This document shows, piece by piece, positions 45,401-55,200 of a stretch of 64,000 bases of DNA. Source of the DNA: Bacteroidales bacterium. GTDB taxonomy: Bacteria; Bacteroidota; Bacteroidia; Bacteroidales; UBA3663. Each line of letters opens with the position of its first letter. Within the stretch, counting starts at the first letter, position 1. A model generated the notes under the pieces. The model was not told the DNA's origin and searched no databases. It saw nothing but the letters and a program-made list of their open reading frames with translations. Location of the stretch: positions 11,849 to 75,848 of the forward strand of contig JAFZTS010000037.1 in NCBI GenBank assembly GCA_017618715.1. Direction: 5' to 3'. The translations under genes and the position numbers were made by a program.

Positions 45401-46210
45401 ATGTACGATGAGTGTGAAATACCGCTTATCGGTTCGATCATCAATCCACAGGAACACGCTATCACCATCACCAACGGCTGGAATTGGATTGGTGTGAACA
45501 CCACCAACGTCATCAGTTGCGAGGATGCCTTCGCTGGACTTGACCCAGAGGAGGGCGACATGGTGAAGGGACTTGAGGGCTTCAATACCTATGTCAACAA
45601 CCGCTGGCGTGGTTTGCTGACTACCCTCACGCCTGGCAACGGATACCTCTACTTCTCGAAGTCAACGGCATCGAAGACGTTCTGTTATCCATCAGTGTCG
45701 TCATACACCAGCATGAGAAGCAAGCAACAGTCTACTGAACATCATGCAAGTGCTTTCGGTGTTGTAAACGCACGTAAGTATCCCAACAGCATGACAATGA
45801 TAGCTGAAGTTCACAAGGACGGTGCACTTATCAGCAATGGCGAGGTGGCAGTCTTCGTCGATGGCGAATGCCGCTTCATAACGTCGGATGCTGACGAGGA
45901 GTTGCTTCGCTACCTCAATGTGCCTGGACAGGGCGGTGGAAGAGTTGAAGTATTTGTAGCTCTCGATGGACTAATCTACACCACCGATGTCAGCGAGACC
46001 TACGTCGATAACAAGATGGTCGGTACGGTGACCACGCCGCTCATCATCCGTCTGGGCCAGCCTACCTCGCTCGAAGCCATCGGTTCCGATCGATCGAACG
46101 ATGAAGGCTACGTTTATGATGTGCTTGGCCGCCGCATCGACAATCAGTCGAAGAACGGCCAGCTGCCCAAGGGTATCTATATCCAGAATGGAAAGAAGGT
46201 AGTGAAGTGA
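36452..46210 (+). CDS. Giant secreted multidomain protein A (3,252 aa): signal peptide, FN3-like repeats, CarboxypepD_reg-like beta-sandwiches, three LamG-like jelly-roll domains, an unassigned central core and a T9SS C-terminal sorting domain
   Basis: Single uninterrupted ORF. Hydrophobic N-terminus LFAIMLLMLPYWSLDSLA. FN3-like modules (KGTFAGEVHLSWE...FYDYRVSS). CarboxypepD_reg-like motifs (GKVAYGTGTAVAGVKMNL; TDVEGKFQISVPIGKHFIEIRKDGHTF). LamG/Laminin_G_3-type signatures GYIDDVRLWRTALS, GTIQNMTLWDVARTPDEA and GDIDELRYWRATMSQQL. T9SS type-A-like tail YVYDVLGRRIDNQSKNGQLPKGIYIQNGKKVVK. Confidence 0.9.
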   Translation: MKQQIYQLCRRMRQSQLCLSRLFAIMLLMLPYWSLDSLADDYNYPENYFKLVSSGNVTVSQPYVDFDVMVVNYDGTDDCLNTSPIYIGNGSEEILVGYVDYYYDSYSYVRNLGDLYYYGWFQVIADRYKEGQDSDYKITKYRYYFGDKVLRMAGLKKTPLGYVQNNKYTLKMRIEQLWDFDHDAKEIVTKKAWFVLPDVVTEWGQQFSYTVKRIDRKKVQATVNAPNADRALSRRLIFHSEDCYVDPGSANYGFSKSFSALANTYYVDLPKEFDPSREYDIWSYCSTLSSEGVTIGRFSGANFNSPRFNFIIPDCWHASNLVATPDMWNKSVNLTWQAECSQPSLAETAGSWYIFKYAGDLNTRGATPKYVGKVPFKGVRDTYSFTDPCDSYDAPYVYIVSFGLNGWSDLEKTPVDELVRKVEVNNQRDWDMQLYTERRPSSIVLEWEHERVPEANASPFYVEHRTSQSAPWTILAEVNEPNLTKHSWQHRDLIDKEAVHYYRIRTHLLDTDFTVEDVNTTLGTNAIRSLEASKGTFAGEVHLSWECEMNNDREMNFEIFRRLSGSDAAWVQLGEMRGTAQTFTFVDDTPVPGNFYDYRVSSTYLEDDGHRTNPVFCSASGFSMSTGIISGKVAYGTGTAVAGVKMNLTVDSDDPTQTQLYSMRVRDIGGGLKVLRPTEELVSLYTNPFTAQLWVYITPNGGTPVTQCFIDAQHAFTLLAMPQNDGTYRLALEKADGGQLLSDIYLRSYLYYNVSVSFDNGKVTLHAIDSRDKQLKSCALETSYQMAASQFEDADEMISVIFGGKQQATSAGPYFTGYIDDVRLWRTALSDSLILASYDKVLSGQETGLAMYLPLDENISGQQTAYDYSMNANGTHNEWHADVLPGTKPDTNVPDGSLSLYTTTDEVGNYIIRGIPYTGEGTYYVVRPTMGLHEFSPSFVSRYISPNSLVHSGVNFKDVSSIPVSGQAFYRGTRYPVEGATLYVDGQALMIDGELAQTDVEGKFQISVPIGKHFIEIRKDGHTFENGGRYPADPNDEVTTFTFEKEVTGLRFTDETLVTIAGRVCGGPTESEKPLGFGDSKNNIGQAQITIDAGYPMNIEEVVEDGIIVPYPVADNIALTSPTDQVESKAYISGGKTADETRYIHVTTDRKTGEFAVKLPPCVYNVTAVSVPSNSEIQFTELPTIDATELDILTDSISFDSINAMYFRYAAALKQTYRTAPRLEVTDMSNRDKGAYGDLWAPYIQPLGQVDSVQVYQTNSDAISYLFGHPLLTMNKRYVYALRVTEDYLNHDNPSDVVRYQDPVQNAIIHINNEFSNNKAFYFKGSERGKMVDAQMSDTVHTDENGLASYMFRAGMPNVLDDHTLGLNLTYVVDEKTYEWNQNGKFRVIVLGNLTYGNDFITKGPDEVDFVLRDPPGSNSHATFRKKNIHSNQWTIKVTGGSTQDIRKGTKKHNFSTNLRIIENMVTVEAPVAGDNTQIISNHDLGIKGSKMEYTVSTDGVTRAMNKALGTVFKTLASTGGAFTLDQIKSTPEYEAEFKKNLLFEGESELDLENTWDTFNEEIMVHYNTSLYVEEVGGFFDILRSAIYSEDINTSDLPEFVGAPADLFFGSSENIIIGDVQSVMIEKNASGRYEIVVEDDKAVSNSIDSRFVYTADHVENGLIPQMETNRMELLTVVTPDQLTSMRAAGNNSDKIVYLTTLSPSDPRFGTQNTDQSVWGKLASDSASVSDGPSYTALWPSNPTEPLQDMVLFYNTNIDRWRNVLRDNERDKVEAIRQNTLIHNLSVSAGSVQTYSEMKSEGSSGGWVGNNDIYYLSTTEIERNVQGTAPMPASYKFVKSGISTRVNNMSGDSEEKGTAYTLYDTDPTDALSVDVLRSPKQYGPIFRTRGGVTSSPYEDQVVTKYYNKGTVISEATVPVDAPHLTFDKYSVSNVPNGLKAHFTMHLQNDGTTTYDRYFIIGVVDSTNVNGALITVDGKRGGGTFLVPAGKTLDLDMSFEQTNLEVLEYNDVAIYMRAQSQADETSKYGVLESVVPISVTYTPSSSPIQLVVSTQTINCNSDTTLVLTLKGFNRHYRGLQGIRLLSRYSDQPNWNVLKEWTCDSTNTELEYLPVDKAELTYKLSMRNTIDFPDGYYYFRAETYCQYGDAPVSAFSDELAVAKDVAKPKILGLPEPADGILDIGEMLSLRFNENIREVSDPEYSIIVKGVKNGVSYEQGTALQMSGADQTASTEASINFNSQPFAGEMWLRLRSAGTILRHGQGNRHFAISVDEGGHLVVDVNGSEFVSQNRLPLDGTKTFLSYSYNYNPYQSTLSAQAAADDATIPLFEGQLVPQYSAEGRLAIGLGLNGTIQNMTLWDVARTPDEALRERNRTHSATSRGLIGYWKMDEGHGNVVRDIVRSRHLIAPDALWYLHNKNEAAHFDGTSKLTFRSPGTLYEDETANYAVEFWFRGEKGQQVNTNLLEAGSQNSKDSLVIVHNANGRLQLIAGGRTTTVGTTDYFDGQWHHLALNVLRFGTTSISIDGERIAETSSANVPTLVGKFVTMGNKFHGDIDELRYWRATMSQQLLASRIYERVDTAQAKQEGLAVYLPFEASSYDDYNQLVTEFSLDNHSGHKIDLTAENVLAAVSAPSLKEAPANSAWRFKMTKNEREIYLELTDALKDINGQQVTVTVREVYDEHDNYCDPISWTTLVNQNPLVWEDKSLEYSSTRREGDMKASFRNLSGTQHPWFITHLPAWLIPDRSQGTIDPGAGPQTINFTLSPSLPIGHYTDVIYLVSEEGIYEPLSLDVTIEGERPNWWPYTYTSDVMNMIGQMKVDGRILEENSLLGAFTGDKCVGAASPIYNKNHDTWFVMLSIYCNDADKGKPLQFKIWDGSTGITYPMVLTEQAYTIQKNMLFGSFADPVIWEASHEAEQTLHIFGGWNWSSLYVIPSDPQLTNLFVSPQEGNRILSSDGYASFTDGQWQGNLQTLGVGQLYKIYSPNSMYDECEIPLIGSIINPQEHAITITNGWNWIGVNTTNVISCEDAFAGLDPEEGDMVKGLEGFNTYVNNRWRGLLTTLTPGNGYLYFSKSTASKTFCYPSVSSYTSMRSKQQSTEHHASAFGVVNARKYPNSMTMIAEVHKDGALISNGEVAVFVDGECRFITSDADEELLRYLNVPGQGGGRVEVFVALDGLIYTTDVSETYVDNKMVGTVTTPLIIRLGQPTSLEAIGSDRSNDEGYVYDVLGRRIDNQSKNGQLPKGIYIQNGKKVVK

Positions 46211-46242
46211 AATAATAACGCAAACAAAAGTCATATCCAAAT

Positions 46243-49200
46243 ATGAAATCAACCAAATTGTTCTTATTGTTGACGCTCTTGATGGTGTCCCTTCCCACTG
46301 TTGTGAAGGCCAATGACAACGACAACATCGAGTTCTACTTCGAGGTGGTCAGCTATAATGATGTGAGTCCGGTGCAGCCATACGTTGACCTGAAGATACC
46401 TTTCATCAACTACAGTGGCATCAATGATGTGCTCTATCCCTCCAAACTCTATCTTTCGACGGCAACTGCGATGTCGAATTTCATGGGCGAAGAGTCAGAG
46501 GACATCGAAATCGCCTCTCTCAAAGGCGTCGATGGCGACGGGCTTGACCCGGGCTTCGGCAACGATGAGATTGCGTTCAGCGACATAAAGTCGGAGTATG
46601 TCACCCTCAAACCCATCTATTTTGAGGAGGAGAGCGACATCGCCATGGAGGTTGTACGTGTGTTCTTCACACAGAATGCCATCAAACTGGGTGTCACCTC
46701 CATCAAACTGATTGGATTCTGGGATACCGACAACAACGGCATCTATGACAAGCCGCTTTCGCTGGTCTCTGAGCTGCCCGACCTCCGCTATACCACGGCG
46801 CATGGTCTGCCCAATTGGAAAAACTTCTCAGTGTCGCGTCCCAAGGATGGGAAAGCCAGCATCACAGCCCAAAGGCCGGAATGGAAGCAATACAACAACT
46901 ATGATTCATACAGTTACTTGAATGGCCTTTGGAAGAAGACCAACTTCTACAATGTCCAGACTGACAAGAGTGTCGATGCAGCCGACGTGCGCAAGGCTAT
47001 TGACTTGCACGACCACTACGATTACCATCGCTACTATATCTTCCATTCGGCCGAGCAGCTTCCCGCATCGAAGACAGGCGATTTCGGCGTCTATCCTGTA
47101 GGTGCCGAGACGGCAGGTCGCGACAGCATGCTGCTGAGCCACACAGTGAGCAACCGCGACGAGATTGTCGTCTATTACACCGGTGGCATCGACATCGATG
47201 CTCACAACTTCGTCTATAACGAGGAGGCCTACAATACCTATGCCCTTCGCACCTTTGTGGACGAAGGCGGCCATTACGATACCAAGCTTTTCGATTATGC
47301 AGAGAATTATGAAATGGGCGTAGGGGCTACGCAGATTAAGACGTGTCTCTACAGCGAGCCCGAGGAGATTGTCATCCCCGGCTGCTACTATCCCGACATG
47401 GTCGATGCCACACCCGACATGTGGACCAGAAGCTTCAAGCTGAAGTGGTATCCGATGTCGGAGTCGGGGCGCAACGGCTTCAAGGATGGACGGTGGTATA
47501 TCTTCCGCTATGCCAAGGAGCAGGGCGAAAACACGCGCAAACTCGTGACTTCCTGCCCCTTCGACCAGACTACCTACACCGATGTGGTTGATGATGCCAA
47601 CTTCACCTACGTCTATGAGGTGTGCTTCTCGCGCGATGCCTGGGGTACTCCCGCGCAACCCATCGGCGACCTGACGGCTAAGGTCGAGGAGCGTATAGTC
47701 CGCGAATTCCCCATCGACCTTGAGGCCGAATCGGGCGCCGACCGTGTGATACTGAAATGGAGCCACTCGCGCATCAAGACCGGTTCGACGGCCTTCACCG
47801 TCTGGCACCGTCTTGATCCCGAAGCCAGCTGGGAGAAGCTGGCCACCGTCGATGAGTCGAGCAAGCTGCGTCACACCTATTCCCACGTCATTGAAGGTGT
47901 GCTCGACAAGGAGCAGCCCCATTATTATAAGGTGGATATAGCACTCATCGATACCGTCTTCACCGAGGAGGCCAACGCCAAGATCCTCGGTGGCAGCTGT
48001 GTCAAGACATTCAGCGCCTCGAAGGGACTTTATGCCGGCGAAGTGCGATTGAGTTGGGAAAGCGAAATCAACTCCGACCAACTGGTTGACTATACCATCG
48101 AGCGCCGGCTCTTGGGTACCAACGATGCCTTCGAGAAGATCCACGAGATGAACGGCGTAGGCACCTTCTTCTCTTATAGCGACAAGAATGTGCGGGCAGG
48201 CAGCTACTACGAATACCGCGTCACCTCGTGCTTCATCACCGAGACGGGTGAGATGAGCAGCCGTATTTCGCTCATCGATGTGGGCTTCAGCCAGAGCACT
48301 GGCACTGTTTCAGGACGTATCGTCTATGGCACGGGTCAGGCTGTCGAAGGTGTGAAAGTGCGTATGACAAAGAACGACGGCGACAGCGAGGAAGCACGCA
48401 CGCAGTATTATGCCATGCGTGTGAGCAACCAGGGAGCAGGTATGCAACTTACTCGTCCGGCCGATGACTTGAGACGGCTATACGCCAGTCCCTCGGGCTT
48501 TACGTCGCAGTTCTGGGTAAGATTGGATGAAAGAATTGCCGAGTCTCTTGGCACCTCAGTGAATATAATGCCCATGATCTGTGAGATGGAGGGTGGATAT
48601 AGCCTTTTTGCTTATTTGAAGAACGACGACACCTATGGACTTAGGCTGGGTGGTAACGAAGGAAAGATAATCGACACAGGACTCGCTATAGAACCTGACC
48701 GATACTACAATTTCGCCTTCGGACGCAATGCCAATGGATGGACAGTTCGTTTTGTCGATGCCGACAAGAAGGTTCAAGTGTTTGAAACGGTGTCCAGCGA
48801 TTCTCCTGCATTTTCTGCCGATAGTGCCAGTATTTATTTCGGTACAGATGCCAACAATACGCTGGAGAATACCTTCCTCGGATATTTCGACGAGGTAAGA
48901 ATCTGGAATCGCTACCTCACAGACGAGGAGCTGCTTTCCAACTACGACCATCCGCTCATCGGTACCGAGGCCGACCTGCAGATGTATTGGAGCCTCGACG
49001 AGAACGTTCCGAACCAGCGCACGGCCTACGACTACAGTTCGACCAACGGACGCCGCAACGAGTGGCACGGCCTGTTGAAGAACGGCACCTACACCACTGC
49101 AAGTGTAGTGCCTATCGACTACCTCGGACTCTATGCCTTCACCAACTCCGAGGGCAACTATGTCATCAAGGGCATCCCGTTCAAGGGCGACGGCACCAAC

Positions 49201-52200
49201 TATGTGGTGCGCCCCACGATGGGACTCCATGAGTTTGAGGATCATTTCCAGACGGTCTATATCAGCGGCACGTCGCTCGTCCACGATGGCGTCAACTTTA
49301 CCGATGTGAGCAGTTTCGCCGTGAAGGGACGTGTCATGTACGAAAATACCGATTATCCCGTCGAGGGCGTAAAGTTCTTCATCGACGGTGTCTCTGCCAA
49401 GCGAGGCGGCAAGGAGGTCGTTTCAGATGTGAACGGCAACTTCACACTCAGCGTGCCCATCGGCAACCACTACATCTCGGTATCAAAAGACGGACACACA
49501 TTCCTCAACGGCGGACGCTATCCCGCCGATCCTGACAGAGTGGGCACCACCCTGCTGGTGGAGGACAGCATCAGCGGACTCCTCTTCACCGATAAGACAC
49601 TGGTGAACATCAGTGGCCGTATCTGCGGCGGCACCGAGGAGAAAGCCAGGGACCTCGGCCTCGGCCTCAGCAAGAATAATATAGGCCAGGCGGTGGTGAC
49701 CCTCGCCTCCACACGTTCGCTCAATGTGGTGACTCGCCTCAACGAGGCTGGTGTGCCCGTGCAGGAGTATAATGACCAGCAGCGCATGGTCGAGAGTGCT
49801 ACGAAGGACGTCAACAGTCGTGCCTTTATCACGGGCGGAAAGAGCAACGATGCCACCAACCGCGTGGTGGTCACCACCGATTCGCTCACGGGCGAGTTCT
49901 CCATCATGGTGCCACCCGTGCGCTATCGCGTGGAAAGTATCGTCGTGCCGTCCAACAAGGACATTACATTCAACAACCTGCCCTACCTGAATCCCGATCC
50001 CACCATCTTCTTTACAGCCTACGACAGCCTGCAGGACAAGCAGTATATCTACAACCTGCCTTTCGTGCGCAGCTATCAGGCTCAACCCGTCTTCAAGGTG
50101 TCCGATAGACGTTACGACCGTAGGAAGATAGGTGCTTTCGGCGACAGCCTCTACAACTATGTGCCTCTTGAGGGCACCGATACCATCCCCATCGCCCTCT
50201 ATCAGCAGAAAGATGGCAAGATCGACTATACCTTCGGCTATCCGGTCTATCGTATGGGCGAACTTAGCCGCTTCGAGATTTCCGTGCAAGAGGAATACCG
50301 TAATTTTGACAATCCCGACTCCACCATCGTGAGCCGCGTGCCCGTCAAGGGTGCCGCCATCCAGATAGTCAACGAAGGCTCTGCAGCGGTCAGCGTAGGC
50401 TATGCCGACAGCAACCTCGGCAACCGGACCATGGCGAGCGATTCGCTGAAGACCGACTCGCTGGGTCTCGCCATCTACGAATGGGGCGTGGGACTGCCCA
50501 ATGTACACGCTCCGCACACCCTCGGCCTCAACATGACGATAACAATCGATGGCCGCACCTACGACTGGGAGCAGAACGGAGCGTTCAAGTACATCATTCT
50601 GGGCTTGCTGCAGACAGGCAATGACTTCGTCACCGACGGTCCCGACCATGTGTCGATGGTGCTGCGCGATCCTCCGGGAAGCAATTCCTTTGCAAAGATT
50701 GAGAAAGGTTCCACTTCAACCAAGACGCTCGTCTGGTCAGTACTGGGTTATATCAATAGAAGGAAGGTAAGCGGCAATTTCGGTTCGACGGTAACCCATG
50801 GCCCCGGCAACGTGCTGATGCTTACGTACAACCTCAATCGCCATCTGACAGGTTCGGATATCCTTGTCAACGATGGTTACAAGAATTCGAGCTTCCATTC
50901 GACCATATTGACCGAGGATGTGGCCACTGACAGCACGCGTCAGTTTGTGGGTGCATTGGGCGACCTCTTCATCGGACAAAGCACCAACTTCTCGGTGGGC
51001 GATGCACGGACGGTGGATATTCGCCGTAACGCTCAGGGCGCGTTTGTTGTCAACTGCGAGATTGAGCCATCTGTGTCGCAGGACTACAAGACCAGCTTCA
51101 CCTATACCACCTATTACATCACACATCATCTCCTGCCCGAACTCGAACGCCTTCGCAACGCCTTGCTTCAGACAGTGTCCGATCCTGCTGCTCAGAAGGG
51201 TAATGCCTCTGATCACAACCTCTACTATACATCTCTTAGCCAGGAGGATGAGCGGTTCGGCTCCAGCAACCACGATAAGGAGATCTGGGGTGCATCGGCA
51301 ACGGATGAGGATGTCGTAGGTGGCGGCCCAAGCTATTGGGTGGTTTATCCCGATGTAATGGAGAAAGGCAAGTTCTATCAGGATAGGGTACAGTATTACA
51401 ACGACTGTATCACCAACTGGAAGAACATCCTTGCCGGCAACGAGGAAGACAAGAAGCGCAGCATCTCAAGGGGAAGCTATTACGAGGACGACGATGACTT
51501 CAAAAGCTCCGACCACAATCTGTCAATCTCAGGCGGCACGAGCATCACCAAGTCCTTCACACGCGATACGGTTGATACGAAAGGCGGCTCGGTTCATGTG
51601 TTGTTATCTGGCGGACTTGAGGATGACTACGGTTTGCGAAGAGGGGATGTCTATCGTGTGAACTACTTTGTCACAGGCATAGAGACCGACGATTCGTACT
51701 CCTGGACCTCCAAAGGTCATCAGACTACGTCGTTCACCTTGCGCGATGATGATCCCACCGATGCCCTGACCGTCGATGTGCTTAAGTCGCAGAGCGGCTG
51801 GGGTCCCGTGTTCCGCACCCGTGGCGGTCGCACCAGTGCCCCATACGAGGATGAGGTCATCGCCGAGTACTTCGATGGTAAGTCGGTGCTCAGCGAGAAG
51901 ACCATCGCCGTCGAGCAGCCCCACCTCTGGTTCGACAAGACTTCGGTAGTGAATGTGCCAGGCGGACAGCGCGCTGTCTTCCAGGCTCATGCCCAGAACG
52001 CTTCGCCCACAGGCTATGACCGCTACTTTGAGATTGGCGTCAAGGAAGGCTCCAACCCGAACAACGCCAAGATATTTGTGGCAGGAAAGGAGGGAGGCGG
52101 CACCTTCCTCGTCCCTGCTGATCATGCTTTGGATTTGCAGTTGCTGGTTGAGCAGACCAATCCCGCCATCATCGAGTATAATGACTTGCAGATCTATCTG

Positions 52201-55200
52201 CGCTCCGTAGTGCAGGGTGACCCCACTGGCACCTATCCCGTTATCGAGGATGTGGTACCTATCAGCGTCACCTTCACCAAAGCTTCCACGCCTGTCACTA
52301 TCTACACCAGTAGCTCGGTGCTTAACACCAACAGTGATTCCACATTTGTGGTGGGAGCCAAGGATTTCGATCGCGATTTCAAAGGTTTGCAGGGAGTTGA
52401 TCTTCTCTACAGGGTATCCGAGAGTCCCGAATGGCATCTGCAGCACGGATGGGTCACCGACTCGACGAAAGTTGATGCCCAGCACGAATACCTGCCCGAG
52501 GGTGTGAGCGACGTGTCGGTAAGTTTCAACATCACCAACCCACGGCTCTTCCCCGACGGTCCTTATTATTTCAAGGCCGTCACAAAGGCAGACTTTGGTG
52601 ATACTCCCGTCACTGCCGAGAGTGAAGTGAAAACCGTCATCAAGGACCTTTCGAAGCCCAAGGTGATGGGTTATCCTGAGCCAGCCGATGGTGTTCTTGG
52701 ATTGGGTGAGAGCATCTATCTCACCTTCAACGAAGACATCCAGCCGCTCACTTCACCCGAAATGAGTGTCATCGTCCAGGGTACCCGCAATGGCGAGGAC
52801 TTCGAGCAGAAAACCGCACTCCAGATGACAGGAGCCGACGAGACTGCCTCCACCGAGTCGAGCATTTCGATCGACAAGCAATCGTTTGCTGGTGAGTTCT
52901 GGGTACGCTTGCAGAGTGCAGGCATTATCCTGCAGCATGGCGCAGATGCCAATGGCTTCTCGCTCTCCACAACCGACGACGGACAAATCAGCTTGACTAT
53001 GCGCAACAAGGTTTATTCTGCGGCCAACCGTGTGCCCATGAATGAGAAGATCTTCATCGCATGGTCCTACGATGCCGACCAAACCACGTTCTCCGCACTG
53101 GCACTCAGTGCTAACCGTACCATTCCGCTCTTCCAGAACGAGAAGGTGGGTGCTTACTCCGGCTTCGGAAAGATTATCGTGGGCAACAAGCTCAAGGGTA
53201 CCATCCAGAACCTCTCGCTTTGGAACATCGCTCGCGATATCGAGACGGCTGCCGAACAGCGCAATTGGAGTCGCACTACCCTCACACCCAACCTTATCGG
53301 ACACTGGAAGATGGACGAGGGTCATGGCGAATTGCTACACGACATTGTGCTCGGTCGTCATCTGCGAGCCAAGAATGCCAACTGGTGGCTCGACAATGTG
53401 AACTACTCTGCACGTGTCGATGATGGAAAATATATCACCATGCTGTCTCCAGGCTCGCTCTACGACGATGAGTCCAGCGATTACGCTTTCGAATACTGGT
53501 TCCGTGGCGAACCTGAGCAGCCCGACTCAGTGGCTACTCTGTTCTCCACTTCCGATGGTTCAATGCAGCTGATGTATCACGTCGATTCGAAGTCGCTCGT
53601 GATGGTATCGGACAGCACCGTTGCAGTCATCAGCCAAGGTGATGTATTCGAAGGTGCTTGGCACCATATTGCACTCAATGTTCGCAGGACAGGTGTTTCG
53701 GCCATCTATCTCGATGGTGAGCGGTTGATTGAAATCAACCAGCACTTCATCCCGTCGCTGAAGGGCAAGACCTTTACATTGGGAGCAGAGCGCATCTTCA
53801 CGGGTTACGATGACAAGAACGTAGCGCAATATGATACCCGCTTCCCCATGCGCGGAAACATTGACGAAGTGCGCTATTGGCGTGCTACGATGGATAATCG
53901 CCTCGTGGATAACCGCTATAGTCGTATGGACTCTTTGCAGTCCAAGTATTTGGGATTGGCACTCTACCTGCCTTTCGAAGAGGGCATCTTCGATGAGTAC
54001 AACCAGCAAGTCATCCGTTTCTCGACCGACGACAAGAGCGGCAATGATTGTCGGACCATCGCAGCAACCGTCACCGAGGATACAAATGCTCCTGGACTGA
54101 AAGAGATGACACGCCAGACGGCCCTCGAATACAACCTTACACAAAGCGATCGTCAGATTTATATCACGCTCAATGAGCAACTTTCGCTTGTCGAAGGCAC
54201 CACTGCCTACGTCACTGTCCGCAACGTCACCGACAGCCATGGCAATATCTCCGACCCCATTACCTGGCCGGTATTTATCCGACAGAACGGTTTGAGGTGG
54301 AATGTTAGCAATATACATCTCGCTACAGGTGGTAAGGATTACGAGTGGGTAAAAGAGGCCTCGTTCACCAACCACGGCTCCAAGACTGAGACATGGCACC
54401 TTGAAAACGTTCCCGATTGGCTCGAAATGTATGAACCTGAAGGAAGACTTGATGCTCAACAGACAGGCTCCATATCGTTCTACATCAGTAGTAGCGCATC
54501 TGTCGGTGAGTATGAGACCATCATTTATCTTGTGGGCGAAAGTGGCATTTACGAGCCGCTGTTAATCACCGCTACCGTTTCGGGCGAAATGCCGCTCTGG
54601 GCTTACAAAGATATTGAGCGTGGATCGGAGACGATGACAATGACCGGACAGATCAAGCAGGACGGTAAGTTGCTCTCCAATACCAATTCGTTACTCGCCG
54701 CCTTCCGTGGCGACAAGTGCGTGGGCAGGACCAATCCTGTATATAACGCCGAGTTCGATACCTATTTCACTTACCTCACTATCTTCGGTGAACCCGAGAA
54801 TGAGGGCGAGCCTCTGAAGTTCAGAATCTGGAATGCCGCTACCGGCATTGATCATCCCGATGTCATTTGCTCTGTGCCGAATGTCGCATTCTCAGTCAAT
54901 GCTCATCATGGTACACACTCCGATCCTGTGCAATGGAATGCCACAGAGTCTGCATCCCAGGCACTGGCTTTGAACGAGGGTTGGAACTGGATATCGTTCT
55001 TCGTTGATCCGTACGACAAGAAGATTGCTTCAATCTTCGGATCCGACCGATCCATCACCGAGGTGAAGGGCATCAGCTCATTTGCTCGCAGCTCCGGCAC
55101 CAAGTGGGTAGGTCAGCTCAAGGAGGTGAAGATAGGTGATATGTACAAGGTGAATGCCAACAAAGAGAAGGACCTGAGTGTCGATGGAATGATTCGCTCG

